Below, piece by piece: positions 13,535-27,260 of a stretch of DNA of 64,000 nucleotides. The stretch's first letter is position 1, and each line of letters begins with the position of its first letter. The notes under the pieces are model-generated. The model was given only the letters and a program-made list of their open reading frames with translations. It was not told the origin of the DNA and searched no databases. Location: NCBI RefSeq assembly GCF_964355755.1, contig NC_092672.1, positions 10,230,001-10,294,000 on the forward strand, given 5' to 3'. Position numbers and translations under genes: made by a program. This DNA is from Antedon mediterranea. Taxonomy: Eukaryota; Animalia; Echinodermata.

Positions 13535-16500
13535 ATGTATTTGCTACTGCTTTTAGTAAGTGTCTTGTTCTACACTCCTTGTGCAATGAGTCAATCGAGT
13601 TCTTCTAGAGTATACTTCTCAGGTAAGTAATAATGTCCAAACTATGTTTCAACCATAATTTTGTAAGAGTTCTATTTATAATAACCGTACATATAGAATG
13701 CGTATCAGGCGTTTCATAGTATGTAATTGAACAGACAGCTTGCTCGTTTAAAGTTAAATAAATGATTATGTAAAAGTACAAGAAATAAAAGTGTATAAGG
13801 GCTGCAAAAAGAAGTTAAAAATTAGAATTTGTATATTGTCGGTATCTTTATTCAACAATTTTCATAAAAATATTTGTATACAAAATGTATATATTATCGG
13901 AAAATTACAAGGACGATAACAAAAATAACATAAACATATTATTAAGTCAGAAAAAATAAAATTCTACAAAATCATTATTTTAAAAATGAATTACCACATT
14001 TGTTTCATCAGATGGATTTTCCAGTTCTCATAAAGGGTATTTCAATTGTTTTACTTTTACGAAGTTTCATTTAATAATTTGAGTATTTTGGATTTTGTAA
14101 TCCACCAGTGAAAAAAATGTGTTAGTAGTTCAATATTGTAGTATTGGTTTTATGAAAAAATAATAAAAAATAATAAAACATGTATCATAGGCCTACATGT
14201 ATTTCTATGTTTAGATTCGTGTAGGGAAGACGAGTTATTGTGTAACTCCACTAGTGAATGTGTATCCTTAACATTGGTGTGTGATGGTAATGAAGATTGT
14301 TCTGATGGATCAGATGAGTTCAACTGTAGGCCCACAGAAGAACCAATTGTTACTGAAATTTCGAAATTTATTACTGAATGTAAGCAGTTATATGATTTTA
14401 TGTTCAAATATATAATAATATAACATGTTGATGAATGTTAATAAACGTAATAAAAAGGAGAGTTTCGACTAATAATTTAAAAGTGAATTAACTGGTTCCT
14501 ACGTTTTACCATATTTAAAGGGGTGCTCCGGGTTTAATTAATCAAATCTTGCCAGAAGCATGTGGTGCAGTCCGACACACATTAATGGTGGCGCTATACA
14601 GAAGCTTAGTTTCGGAGGTGCAATAACTCATTATCTATTTCCTATTACTACAGATGTTTCATGTGAGGAAAACGAGTTTAAGTGCAAGAACGTTTATGAA
14701 TGTGTACATTCATCATTGGTGTGTGATGGTAAAGAAGATTGTTCTGATGGATCAGACGAATTTGATTGTACTAAATCCACTGAATTACCGAGACAATCAA
14801 CATTTCCATGTAAGTTAGTTTTCGGAATTCACGATAATACATACAATAAGTATTTAAAAAGTATCAACATTTAAATGAAGTTGGTTTACGTCGATACTTT
14901 ATTATCTGAAATTTCAATGAAATACAATCTTTAGCCTAATCTTAATACTAGAATAACTGTGAATATTATTGTTGAAATGGGAAAAAAATATGCACGACAC
15001 TGGTTACATTTTCAAGCAACTGATACACTTCACAACGTTAATTTAGAGATTTCTTGAAATAAAATGTTACTCTAAATATTCTTATTAAATTTTAAGTTAC
15101 TATTATTAGCGTTTCTATTTTTAGATGTAACAACACCTACGTGTAAGGAAAATGAGTTTACGTGTTTAATCACTCGTGATTGTATAAATTTATCATTGGT
15201 GTGTGATGGTTATTATGATTGTACGTATCGTACAGATGAATTCAACTGTATTAGATCCACAGTTACTGAAGCGACCAAACAGTACACCCCATGTAAGTAT
15301 ATAGTTACAGTACAGTGTGTTTTTCTATGTTATATTGAATTCATAGATATTTTTTTTATTGTATTAAATCCACTGAATTACCGAGACAGTCAACCATTCA
15401 ATGTAAGTTAGTTTTCGAAATTCACGATAATACATGCAATAAGTATTTAAAAAGTATCAGCATTTAAATGTAGTTGGTTTACGTCGATACTTTATTATCT
15501 GAAATTTAAATTAAATACAATCTTTAGCCTAATCTTAATACTAAAATAACTGTAAATATTATTGTTGAAATGGGACAAAAATATGCACGGCACTGGTTAC
15601 ATTTTCAAGAAACTGATAGGCCTACACTTCACAATGTTAATTAATAGATGTCTTAAAATAAAATGTTACTCTAAGTGTTCTTATTAAATTCATAAGTTAC
15701 TATTATTAGCGTTTCTATTTTTTAGATGTGACACCTACGTGTAAGGAAAATGAGTTTACGTGTTTATTCACTCGTGATTGTATAAATTTATCATTGGTGT
15801 GTGATGGTTATTATGATTGCACGTTTGGTTCAGATGAACACAACTGCATTAGACCCTCAGTTACTGAAGCGACCAAACAGTACACCCCGTGTAAGTATAT
15901 AGTTACAGTACAGTGTGTTTTTCTATGTTATATTGAATTCATAGATATGTTTTATTGTATTAAATCCACTGAATGACCGAGACAGTCAACCATTTATAAT
16001 AAGTTAGTTTTCGAAATTCACGACAATACATGCAATAAGTATTTAAAAAGTATCAGCATTTAAATGTAGTTGGTTTACGTCGATACTTTATTATCTGAAA
16101 TTTAAATAAAATACAATCTTTAGCCTAACCTTAATACTAAAATAACTGAATATTATTGTTGAAATTGGAAAAAAAATATGCACGACACTGGTTACATTTT
16201 CAAGAAACTGATAGGCCTACACTTCACAATGTTAATTTATAGATGTCTTAAAATAAAATTTTACTCTAAGTGTTCTTATTAAATTCATAAGTTACTATTA
16301 TTAGCGTTTCTATTTTTAGATGCGACACCTACGTGTAAGGAAAATGAGTTTACGTGTTTATTCACTCGTGATTGTATAAATTTATCATTGGTGTGTGATG
16401 GTTATTATGATTGCACGTTTGGTTCAGATGAACACAACTGTATTAGACCCACAGTTACTGAAGCGACCAAACAGTACACCCCGTGTAAGTATATAGTTAC

Positions 16501-19500
16501 AGTACAGTATGTTTTCTATGTTATATTGAATTCATAGATATGTTGTTTTATTGTATTAAATCCACTGAATTACCGAGACAGTCAACCATTCAATGTAAGT
16601 TAGTTTTCGGAATTCACGACAACACATGCAATAAGTATTTAAAAAGTATTAACATTTAAATGAAGTTGGTTTACGTCGATACTTTATTATCTGAAATTTA
16701 AATTAAATACAATCTTTAGCCTAACCTTAATACTAAAATAACTGTAAATATTATTGTTGAAATTGGAAAAAATATGCACGAGACTGGTTATATTTTCAAG
16801 AAACTGATAGGCCTACACTTCACAAAGTTAATTTAGAGATATCTTAAAATAAAATGTTACTCTAAGTATTTTATTAAATTCTGAGTTACTATTACTAGAT
16901 GGTACGCTCGCGTACCATCTAGGTCGTGTCCAAAGATGGTTCTCGAATACACAGTAATTTCAGCGTAAAAAAAACTGGTGATTTCAAATGTACGTACTGC
17001 AGCACTATAAATACATTTTCGTTTTCAGAAACGAATAAATAGACACGATGATTATGTAGTCAACTAAAATTAGCACCCTTGGAATTAGGCCTACTTCCGA
17101 AGGAGAAACATGTCTTAAAAAATGAGTACAAATTGTTTATTTGAACTCATTTAAACAAACCCAATTTGTGTTTTGTATATAACATTACAGTTGAGGGATA
17201 GGGAAAAGGATGGGAAGAACAATTTTTAAATATATTCTTTATCCACTCAGTAACGAAATATTGTTTTAAACCTATCAATAATATACAGTAAAACATTTAC
17301 GATCTAATACTTTTTTAAAACTGTCCCTGTTATAGTCGATTAAAATAGTAAAGTACATGTAACGATACACTACTACGACGTTTATATTTTTTTTAATTCT
17401 TAATTAATACAAACGTTGAGAAGCAACTGTCAGTAATAAAGTTTTTATTTGTATATTATGTGTTTATATATCAAGCAGTAGAGCCTACCCACAGTCACAG
17501 TAATAACTGTTCTTTGTATGTGTTAATCTACAGTAACCACATTCACAGTAACAACATTTCAATTCAAATGGCGACCAAAAATTGATAATACGTACAGTAT
17601 TTACAATATTGTCAAAGTATTGCAATAATATATCTCAGTTTTAAGTTCATTCTCCACGGGCCCATAAATTTACCTACTTGTGTTAAACCAAGGGCTCATA
17701 AATTTACCTACAAACTGGCAGTCTGACAGATTGGAATGTTCCATTCATCGCAAATCAATACATTTGTATAAACGTATATTAAATCTATCAAAATAGTATT
17801 TTATTTTAAAGAAAATCGGCCTGTCTTCAACATTATGATACAGTACTCGAGCTGTTCAACCGGTTTTCAGGTATTAAAATCAATTATCGTAGGAGGAGAT
17901 AGGAAAATGCAAAGCATCTTCGTATTATTGTGTGCTGGTATTTTTCAAGAGGACATCCATTAGACAGTGTATACCACGATCGGAAAACACCCTATTTTGA
18001 GGCAAATCGTTGAACCTAAATTCGTTTTAATTGTCAATAACTAATTATCTAACTCAATTTAATTAGTAAACAGGGTTACATCAAGTGGTTAAAATCAGTA
18101 CCGAGATTCTTACCAACTTTATATACCATCGAGTAAAAATTATAGAAATAACGCGCGATTTACTGAATTTTGCCATTACGTAAATTTATATATAGATTGG
18201 CGTTTCTATTTTTAGATGTAACGGTTACTGAAGCGACCAAACAGTACACCCAAAGTAAGTATAGGCTTACAGTACGTTTTTCTATGTTATATTGAATTCA
18301 GAGAAATGTTTTATTATAAACGTTACATTACGTATGGTTATACGTTTAATTCTAATATCTATTATAAGATACAATGCCTACGTGTGGGTTTATTTGTTCA
18401 TTTACTGGTGATTGTATACCTGCATCATGGGTGTGTGACGGTTATGACGATTGTGCTTCTTGGTCAGATGAATTCAACTGTAGGATTACTGACTCTCCTC
18501 CGTATACACCACGTAAATAGTTCCCTCTGTTTTCATATTCTACGTGTTATCTGTCTGTTTTAACGTGTTCGTGATATCATCACAACGATTTGTGTTGCCC
18601 AATGTGATTTACGGTAATTAGTGAATAGTATACACTTACCTTGTAATTTCTTGAAAATGAATATACAATTATACAAATTGATAGGATTGTATATATTTCA
18701 TTTTCTTCCATTATTGGAGCTTTACTTCTAGTGTACAAATAAAAATAAACAAAATTTCCTAACATTTTGTATAATGTCCGTAATATAGATAACTGCGCAA
18801 ACGATCCGTTCCAATACGTATGTCCAGATGGAAAGTGCATCGACATTGAATCTGTATGTAATGGTGTCAGAGATTGCGACGATGGGTCTGATGAATTCAG
18901 TTGCCCAACACCCATCGGAGGCGATTATACTACTGGTCAGTATACATCTTCTTTTTTTTGTATGTAAAAGATTCGTAAAATATCATTACTTAGGCCTACT
19001 GATTTGTAATTTTGTTTAGGCCTAAATCTACTAAATACTTATTTCCAATTTGAATTTTTTACAATAAGTGCAACTAAAACAATATTATTTTATTGCATAT
19101 TATTATTATTATATTATAAGACTATAATAAATTAAAAATGCTTTTGATTTTAACTTTGACTTCATAAAGTTACTTATCAATATCATGGGTAACTAGAAAG
19201 CCACTCCGAGAGTGCATACCTCCGCCTACTGTAAAATTCTATTTCTCCGGTAAAAGAAAAATATATATATATATATATTTGTGTGTGTCTTAATGCTGTT
19301 TGTGATTTAGGGTAATTTCACTACAAGCATGTGTATGCGAGTTGGGTGTAATGGTTATGTAACAAGCCTTTCAATTAACAATAGCTTCAGTTGACTAACA
19401 ATAGAACAGCAACGCGAAAATCAAACGAGTGAATTTGAAAAGAAAATAGGTTTTTTAAACTACTGGCATCAAAATACGTGCACATTAAATCAAATTATGT

Positions 19501-22500
19501 TTTAAAATTACAAATCAAAAATTATAATTCTTGCCTCTTGTACAAAAATGAAGTTTTTTGGACTAGTAGTTCTCGAGAAAATGCAATTTCAGTATACTTG
19601 TTACTTTAAGACTGCTCGCCGGCTTTTGAAAAATTCTGTCCTATCTTTTAACACTAGCAGGTCTGAAAAGTATACTAAAAAGTGGTCCAGAATTGGGACA
19701 ATGGTCCCAAAATTTAATGGAATGGTCCTTGACCACATATCTATCTGTATATTCATTTTGGTAAAGATCTTGTAATTACTTTTTGAGTAATCCTACTAAC
19801 AAACAAACAAACAAACAAATGAAAGCACTCAGAAACTTAGTGAAGTACTTGGCAAAATATATCCACTGACTGGGAGCATGTTGAAAGATACTATTTTTGC
19901 TTTAGGTATTAGCTTTACATGGTTAAAATACTACTAAGGATAATAATTTGTTTAAATAATTTTTAACACAAACAATTCCGACATTGCAACAATGACCTTT
20001 CTAAAATCAAGATTGACCAGAATAATGGTCGAGGAGTGTCTTGAAGCTGTGCCGATTTGCGGCGCCTCTGCCTTAACCCATGTAGTAAGTTTAACCGCGT
20101 GACCAGTCGACTAATATTTTGGTCAATTCATTTTTGGAATGCGTGCTATTTAATATATCGTACGGAAGATAAGCTTTTGAGACATGACCAATATATCAGT
20201 TTTCCTGAAAATCAATAGGCATGTTCTGTAAGTATATACCTATGTACAGAATGAAATAAGGAAGGACACACGCCGGTACTAACAAAATTAATTATCAACT
20301 AACAATAGTTTATTTTGAATAACAATAGAACAGCAACGCCAAAACCAAACGGGTGAATTTGAAAAGAAACAGGTTTTTTAAAACTACTCCTATGAAAAAG
20401 CAGGTACATTAAACCAATTTTTGTTTTAAAATTACAAATCACAAATTATAACCCTTGCCTCTTGTCCAAAAATGAGGTTTTTTGGACTAGTAGTTCTCGA
20501 GAAAATGTAATTTCAGTTTACGTGTTACTTTAAGACTGCTCACCGGCTTTTGAAAATAGTCTCCTATCTTTTAACACTAGCCGGTCTGGAAAAACTAATT
20601 ATCAACTAACACTAAATTAATTTGAATAACAATAGAACAGCAACGCGAAAAACAAACGGGTGAATTTGGAAAGAAATATATTTTTTGAAACTACTCGCAT
20701 GAAAAAGTCGGTACAATGAATCAACTTTTGTTTTGAAATTACAAATCCCAAATTATAACCCTTTTGGACAAGTAGTTCTCGAGAAAATGTAATTTTAGTT
20801 TACGCGTTACTTTAAAACTGCTCCCGGCTTTTGAAAATTGTCTCCTATCTTTTAACACTAGCCGGTCTGAAAATAATATCATTTTTGTTATTTGTGAAGT
20901 TATTAATTAACCAATTTTGTTGATTTTCAATAGGCTTGGTCTGAAAGTACATACCTATCTACACCCAAAAATTCAGAACGATAACTTGAAAACTGTAGGC
21001 GCTATCGTGCTAACAAACAAACAAACATACATACAAACACACATACAAACATACACACATACATACAAACAAAGTGAATACTATACTTGGCAAAATTCTT
21101 TTTGCCAAGTAACAAACACACGCTACCGATTACATATACCTCCTTGGCGGGGGTAAATTATACATTTTGAAATATGAAATTGAGCAGTAAAGGGTCTTCT
21201 ACACCTGTTCCGGCACGGTTCCGTTCCAGCGAATCGAACATTAATGTTTTGCTTTCACGATGCTCCACCCGGCTATGCGCCAATCAATATGCGTGTAGCC
21301 GCGTGAAAACGAAACATTGACGTTCGATTGGATTTTCCGGCGCCGGACCGGAACCGTGCCGGAACAGGTGTGAAAGACCATTAACCCAAATTCATTGCAG
21401 TGTGATTTCACTCCGGACAGTTTCAAGGAAGCCGCTCTTTATACCAATTACTTAATAATAAATTTACCATATTCATTTATTAGTTGAACCAGGTCCGTGC
21501 AACCCAGACCCATGTGGACTTTGGGGAGTCTGCAGCTCTAACTTTCTTATCCAACTCTTCCATGAGGACGAGTTTAAATGTGATTGTTACGGTGGACATA
21601 AAGGAAAGTTTTGTGAAATTGGTATGTCATTATTTTCGAATTCATTAAAAATAAAAAATCATAGAAAATAAACTTGTATTTCTATCAGCAAAGATAGAAA
21701 CATAACCAATAACAACAATGAAACCTAATAAGTTTTAAAAAGGCAAAAACGAAAATGTAAAATTAAGTACAAAACCAAACTTTCATTAAAGAATCATTAA
21801 AAGAATGTCAATATTCCTTATCACTAATGAAAGGTATACACATTTTAGATATAACCATATCAATGTATTGTTACTCAACCGATATGAAATAAATAGGCAT
21901 ATATATAATAATTTCATTTACATTGCTTTTATTTGCATTTTGCATTAACTGTAGACTTTTGCCAGCTTGGTTGTCAAAATAATGGAGATTGCAAAGTGTC
22001 ATTTTGGTCAAATAAACCTTACTGCGACTGCGTAGAAGGGTATGGCGGTGACCATTGTGAAAAGGGTAAGACATAATAGAAACTTATATTATAATACTAG
22101 GTCGAATATATTGCAATGGACAATTTAATGTCAAGAACATTCAGCTTCATAATACTGTAAACAAAAAGTAATTCTTGTCATTAATAGATTCAAACAATTG
22201 ATTAAAATTATTTTCTATCATTACCAAACGCCTATTGGTAGTCGAGCGTAAACTGTTTCCCATATTGACCAATTCCACTGATAACTTCACAATCTTAGTG
22301 TCTAGACCCATGTTTCCATGGGTATTTTCCATCTGCCCTTCTCAATAAAGGTATACAGAACACAAACGCTTATTTCAGGAAATTATTCATTTTTCGCCAA
22401 AAGGAGGAATTTTATTTGGTTATTTAAATTGGTTTGTGGAGAAGTTCATTCCTCGTTCAAATAAATAAAAGAAGAAGTTCATTCATTCATATTCAAGATT

Positions 22501-24086
22501 TGATCACAAACAGCTTAGTACCTTCTATAAGTGTTCGCAATATTTGTGGCATTAACTAATGACTAAACACATTTTTGTTACATGACTAAGACCTATGTGA
22601 CCAGTTCTGTTTCAATAGTGGAGAATGTCTAATAAGTTCGTGGACACACAAGCCTTACTGCAATTGCCAGTCTGGGTATGACGGTGACCGTTGTGATGAG
22701 GGTAAGATAATAATAAAACGTAATACAATGTGAATAGGGTATGATTTACAGAGAAAAACAGTATATTACCCATGTCTCACATGTCACGCCATTCAAATTG
22801 GGCTAACATGGCATATGAATAAAATGAATTGAACGAACAAAGGTAAATTATATTTCGTAAAATTGTAATATTGTCCGACATCGTTTAATTATCTTAATTG
22901 AACATCGTTTAATTATATTGACTGAAAAAAGTTTATTTATACCGTCCGTGTATACTGACTGAAAACCGTTTAAATTGCCTGAACTAGAACTCCGTTTAAT
23001 TAAATTTAAAATCGTTTTCTACAACATAGATTTGTGTGATTGCAGTAACAATGGAGAATGTAAATTTGGATTATTTGGAGCTTCTTGCGATTGTGACACG
23101 GGTTATAGTGGTAAACACTGTGAAAATGGTAAGTGCAAATAGGGAAGAGTCCCTGGTTCAAGTCAAAGTAATACTGCCAATCATCTAATCTTGCATTGGT
23201 CATAAAAAATGTATCATTTTTGAAAAAAAATAATCGACGTATTCTTGGATGGGAGATGGGGAGAGGGATTTTGAGCAAATTTCTGGAACTCTTGAAGAAT
23301 TTAATATAGGTTAGGCCTATAAAATCTCAGAATACTATGAGTATCATTATTCGGTAATATTGTAATGACTATTGTAATGTCTTTTTCGGTTATTTAACAC
23401 CATCACACAGTGGCCTAGATCTTAATTATCCCAGATTGTCTGATATTTTGTTTTCAATTGAATAATTCACATTACCTACTGTTTTCACATGTTATATTTT
23501 GTTACGTTTTCATATTTAATTTATCTGACAGTTGGTCGAATTAACTTATAAATTTAAATATCACTTCTGATTTCACTTAATAGATCTGTGCGCTCATCTC
23601 AACTGCCAAAACAATGGAGAATGTAAATCGGGATTCTTGAACATATTGTACTGTGATTGCCCGAGAGGTTACTATGGAAAACGGTGCCAACATAGTAAGA
23701 ATCGATATGCTAGATAAATTGAAATTTTAAATAATATTAAAGTGTAGACCTGATGTACTGAATTGTAATCATCTAAAGGCCCACAATTGTGATAGTAGTA
23801 CTATTATTATACACTCGTACGCCTTTCTTCAGATTTAAAGAAGGTGTTCAACTGCACTGAACTGATTTTCAACATTTACCTATAGTTTTAAAATAATAGG
23901 AAACGCATTGAAATAACTATGTAACGTAGCCGCTCTTATAATACAACATATAGATTTAACTAACGACTAACTTATTTTTTTTCCTCACTGTTACCGTAGT
24001 GTTTTAAATGGGTTGAATCATCATTCCAAGTAAACAACAGATATTTTCCTTTTTTTTTCTTAGGACATATTGTCATCCACGGTTAA
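13535..24086 (+). CDS. Gene A: secreted protein with signal peptide, 7 LDLa, 5 EGF and a short tail (~609 aa, 15 exons)
   Basis: Exons: 13535-13622 ([19 protein letters not shown].. signal); LDLa 14215-14379, 14654-14809, 15125-15292, 15726-15890, 16320-16484; linker mini-exon 18216-18254; LDLa 18369-18512, 18789-18935; EGF 21484-21621, 21955-22065, 22591-22701, 23030-23128, 23584-23694; terminal 24064-24086 (RHIVIHG*). All introns are GT-AG phase 1 and the frame is open throughout. LDLa motif e.g. [16 protein letters not shown]; EGF motif e.g. [12 protein letters not shown]. Confidence 0.85.
14767..18320 (+). repeat. Tandem exon-intron duplication, ~595-bp unit, 4 copies
   Basis: Units start near 14767, 15360, 15956 and 16552 (TGTA[C/T]TAAATCCACTGAA..). 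Each of the first three carries a near-identical LDLa exon. The fourth is split by a Helitron and has lost the LDLa core. Confidence 0.9.
16895..18196 (-). mobile_element. Non-autonomous Helitron
   Basis: On the minus strand it starts A|TCTATATATAAA and ends with hairpin ATGGTACGCGAGCGTACCAT followed by CTAG|T. It sits in an AT dinucleotide without TSD. The empty site (CTATTA|TTAGCGTTTC) is visible in the three sister repeat units. Confidence 0.9.
19191..21157 (-). mobile_element. Helentron-associated (HINE/DINE-1-like) element containing a second nested HINE-like element (~19821-21111)
   Basis: Outer element: ACTAGAAAGCCACTCCGAGAGTGCATACCTCCGCC at one end, ACCTCCTTGGCGGGGGT hairpin at the other, and an (AAAC)n microsatellite. 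Inner element: ACTTGGCAAAA subterminal repeat, ACTTGGCAAAA..TTTTGCCAAGT hairpin and (ACAT/ACAA)n. A shared ~270-bp internal unit recurs near 19397, 20320 and 20627. Confidence 0.65.
21191..21381. mobile_element. PIF/Harbinger-like MITE
   Basis: TIR GGTCTT..ACACCTGTTCCGGCACGGTTCCG / CGGAACCGTGCCGGAACAGGTGT..AAGACC; TAA flanks on both sides. Confidence 0.8.
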
Positions 24087-25437
24087 ATACAGACTTACTA
24101 AAGAAAGGATTTGTTGTGCGAGCATGACGAATTCAGTGCTGGTTTAAAGCATTTATCACGCTCTATGGATAATTAATTGTTTTTTAATATTTAACACATT
24201 TGATTAGTGAATTTTCTTAAATTGTAGGCTATTGTTTTGCTTTTTATTCTAAGCATGGAATATGCGAAAGTTACCTGAGATAGTAAAATATTCTGGGTGG
24301 CACTTACAGGCTGTGTATATAGGCCTATAAACAAACCAATAAAAACTGTCACATTTAGTGTATCGCTAGATGTCTACATATATTGTATAGATTTCTAACG
24401 AAACATTTTCTTGTTTCTTAGTTTTTAAACTATGATGATAAGCTATAATATAATTAAGAAAGCTTTCCAATTGGTAAGCATTATTATTGTTGTTATTTTC
24501 CATATATGGACATGATGATGTCATATCACTACCATATTTAAGCATATCACTACCATATATAAGCACATCAAACTTTGTTGACAAATAAAGTTTAATAGTG
24601 TAGACAAGGCTTTAGATTTGTTATTACATTTTAGTCATATCGTCCTTTTGAAAATAAATAAATATTCTATCCAGTTCGGTGTTTTGATCGATATATTTTT
24701 TTAGTCATTGACTCAAAAGAAATTCTAAAGATATTCTAAAGAATTTCTAAAGATATTCTAAAGATATTTTTAAGAATTTCTAATGCTATTTCTAACGTTT
24801 TTTCTAAAGTTGTTTCTATACAAAATCTAATAGTAGAATATATAGAATTTGTATATAATTTCTATAGATTTTTTTTCTTACGGAAGTGAACAAGTATATA
24901 ATGCCCTTTGTGCAATCTGAATGATATACTTATATGATAATACTAATGCAGGTTAATACCGCATTACTCATTGAATGACTACACTAGCTAGATAAGTCAT
25001 TAAAATAAAATTCAACTGGAACACAATGCAATTTTAATTCTCTAATTGTTTAAAAAGTCGTTGTTTTACATGACAAAATATTGAAATAATAATATAGCTG
25101 AGCACAAGGCCATAAGCATAATAAATATATTAATATTATTTTTGGTACAAAACAAACAGTTTCGAGATTCAATTAAAATAACAATAATAAATAACTCGAT
25201 TGAAATGTCTGTGGAGTTCAAAGCAGTAAAATCTCGCAATAATAATTAATAATATTAAATTAGTTAACAATAGCCAGTGGCCTTTTAACACTGACTTGTT
25301 CTGCTTCACCGTTTATAAAAAAAAGCGAAATCGCGACGGGTATATCCTATTTTAACGGACCCACCCTTTAATATTGATCATTCAACGGTATTTCTTACCA
25401 ACAATCAATTCAGTGTCATCTATATATTATTATCAAT

Positions 25438-26225
25438 ATGTATTCAATGTTGTTTTTGGCGAGCGTTTTTGTTCTCATTCATCATTCAAGCTCTATTACT
25501 ATTAGCCCTCCTTTTGGTAAGTATTGTTTGTTATTAATTTACATATTACGAATATTTAAATTGGGTGTATTTGCAAAAGGACAAAATAACATATATAAAT
25601 ACACATTTTGAATCCACAATCTTCAGATCTAGATCTAGAATAGAATCAAATAAAATGTGTGCAAAACTCAAATTCAAACACACAACCAATCCGTATTAAT
25701 TAACCCTTATCATAGTGGCCGCTTTTTAAGCGCAGTACATGAAATCGGACGTTTTCAATTCAACTTCTTTTTCAGACAATTGTCCATATGGTATAATACA
25801 TTACACACAAAAAAGATGAAGGAGAGACTTGAGGGACAAAATTGTCATCTATTAGATGACAACGAAAATAGTAATATAATATAAGTAATATAATAGTAAT
25901 ATAATAGTAAGTAATATAATAGTAATATAATAGTGTTACTGACAAAACAAAAGAATGTTATTAACAAATTAATTACAGAAAATATTGACATTTGTATACG
26001 CGGATGCGACAAATGTGTAATTATTGCTAAAAATCCTTGAAGTTAGCTTTGACTTTTCTATTTATAGGAGTTCCGTGTGAAGATCCTGATAATGTGTTCT
26101 GTTTGTCGATTATGGCATGTATACCATCTTCAGATACGTGCAATTTTATTCAACGTAGCAGTGGTGGGCATTTAAATCAAGATGAGAACGACAGCTCTCC
26201 TGGTGATGCGAATGTTTCTCCTTAA
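25438..26225 (+). CDS. Gene B: 78-aa secreted peptide with a 4-Cys LDLa-derived domain
   Basis: Exon 1 25438-25516 (MYSMLFLASVFVLIHHSSSITISPPF, donor GTAAGT). Exon 2 26068-26225 (GVPCEDPDNVFCLSIMACIPSSDTCNFIQRSSGGHLNQDENDSSPGDANVSP*). GTAAGT donor at 26248; probable 3' UTR exon from ~26562. Confidence 0.65.
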
Positions 26226-27260
26226 TACTGAATCATGTATTACATTTGTAAGTTACTATATGCTCTATGTATACACTGATAATGGTGGGCCATGACATTA
26301 CAGTAAAACAACATGTTCAAATAAAGTTAATAATTTTGTGAATGTGTATGTGGTGAATCGAATGGTGCACCAAGCTAGCAGAAAGGAGCCTTGAACTGTG
26401 CCGATTTTATTGCTATCGTTATCATTATAAAACTAAATTGAAGAAATATGCATATACATCTACATATCTATAATTGCATCATGTTTATATTTATTGTTTG
26501 AAAAGAATTGGATTATCACCTTAAAAATTCAAATAAACAACAAATGTTGTTTTCTTTTTAGAAAACATTCGGCTGGCAAGCTGTGGAATGAATACTAAGT
26601 GTGTTTGGATGTTATCTGATCAACAACATACCTGATCAACAAGCATGATGTGGTGTAGTGTTTCTTAAATACATGTATATAGGCCTATAATACGAGGCGA
26701 CAGTCAATTATTATTTTTAAAAACCTAACTAGAAATATTCCAGCGTCTTAATTGTGATTAAGAATTGTGTTGTAAAGTTAAACTAAAATAAATTATTATC
26801 TGAATATTTGTTTATTTTCTGTTTGAATGTATTCGTTCATTATTTATATTTGTTTGCAAACTTTCAGCGGAGATTGCTTTCAGATAAATAGTTATTCTTT
26901 TTTACACAAATGTTGGTAATAGAATAGAAAGGCCTTAATAAAATGAACAAGGCCATATATATATATATATTTAGTACCAAAGAAAGTTGTTTAGTTTCAT
27001 CTACTATTAGTGATAAAAAAACACATTATTTATGTTCCGAGTCCAATAACAAAATAAGTCCTGAAGAAAATGTTTCAGTTTCGTCAAATAGAAGTGATAA
27101 AGAAAATAACTATTTATGTTCTGATTCTGATTCAAGAAATGATGTTATATTGGAAGACCATAATAGTTTCAATGATACTACAAGTTGATCGAGTGATGAT
27201 ACAGAATATATCTTACGAGCCAATAAAAAGGACCTCAATAGTAAAAAGAAACTATATTGT

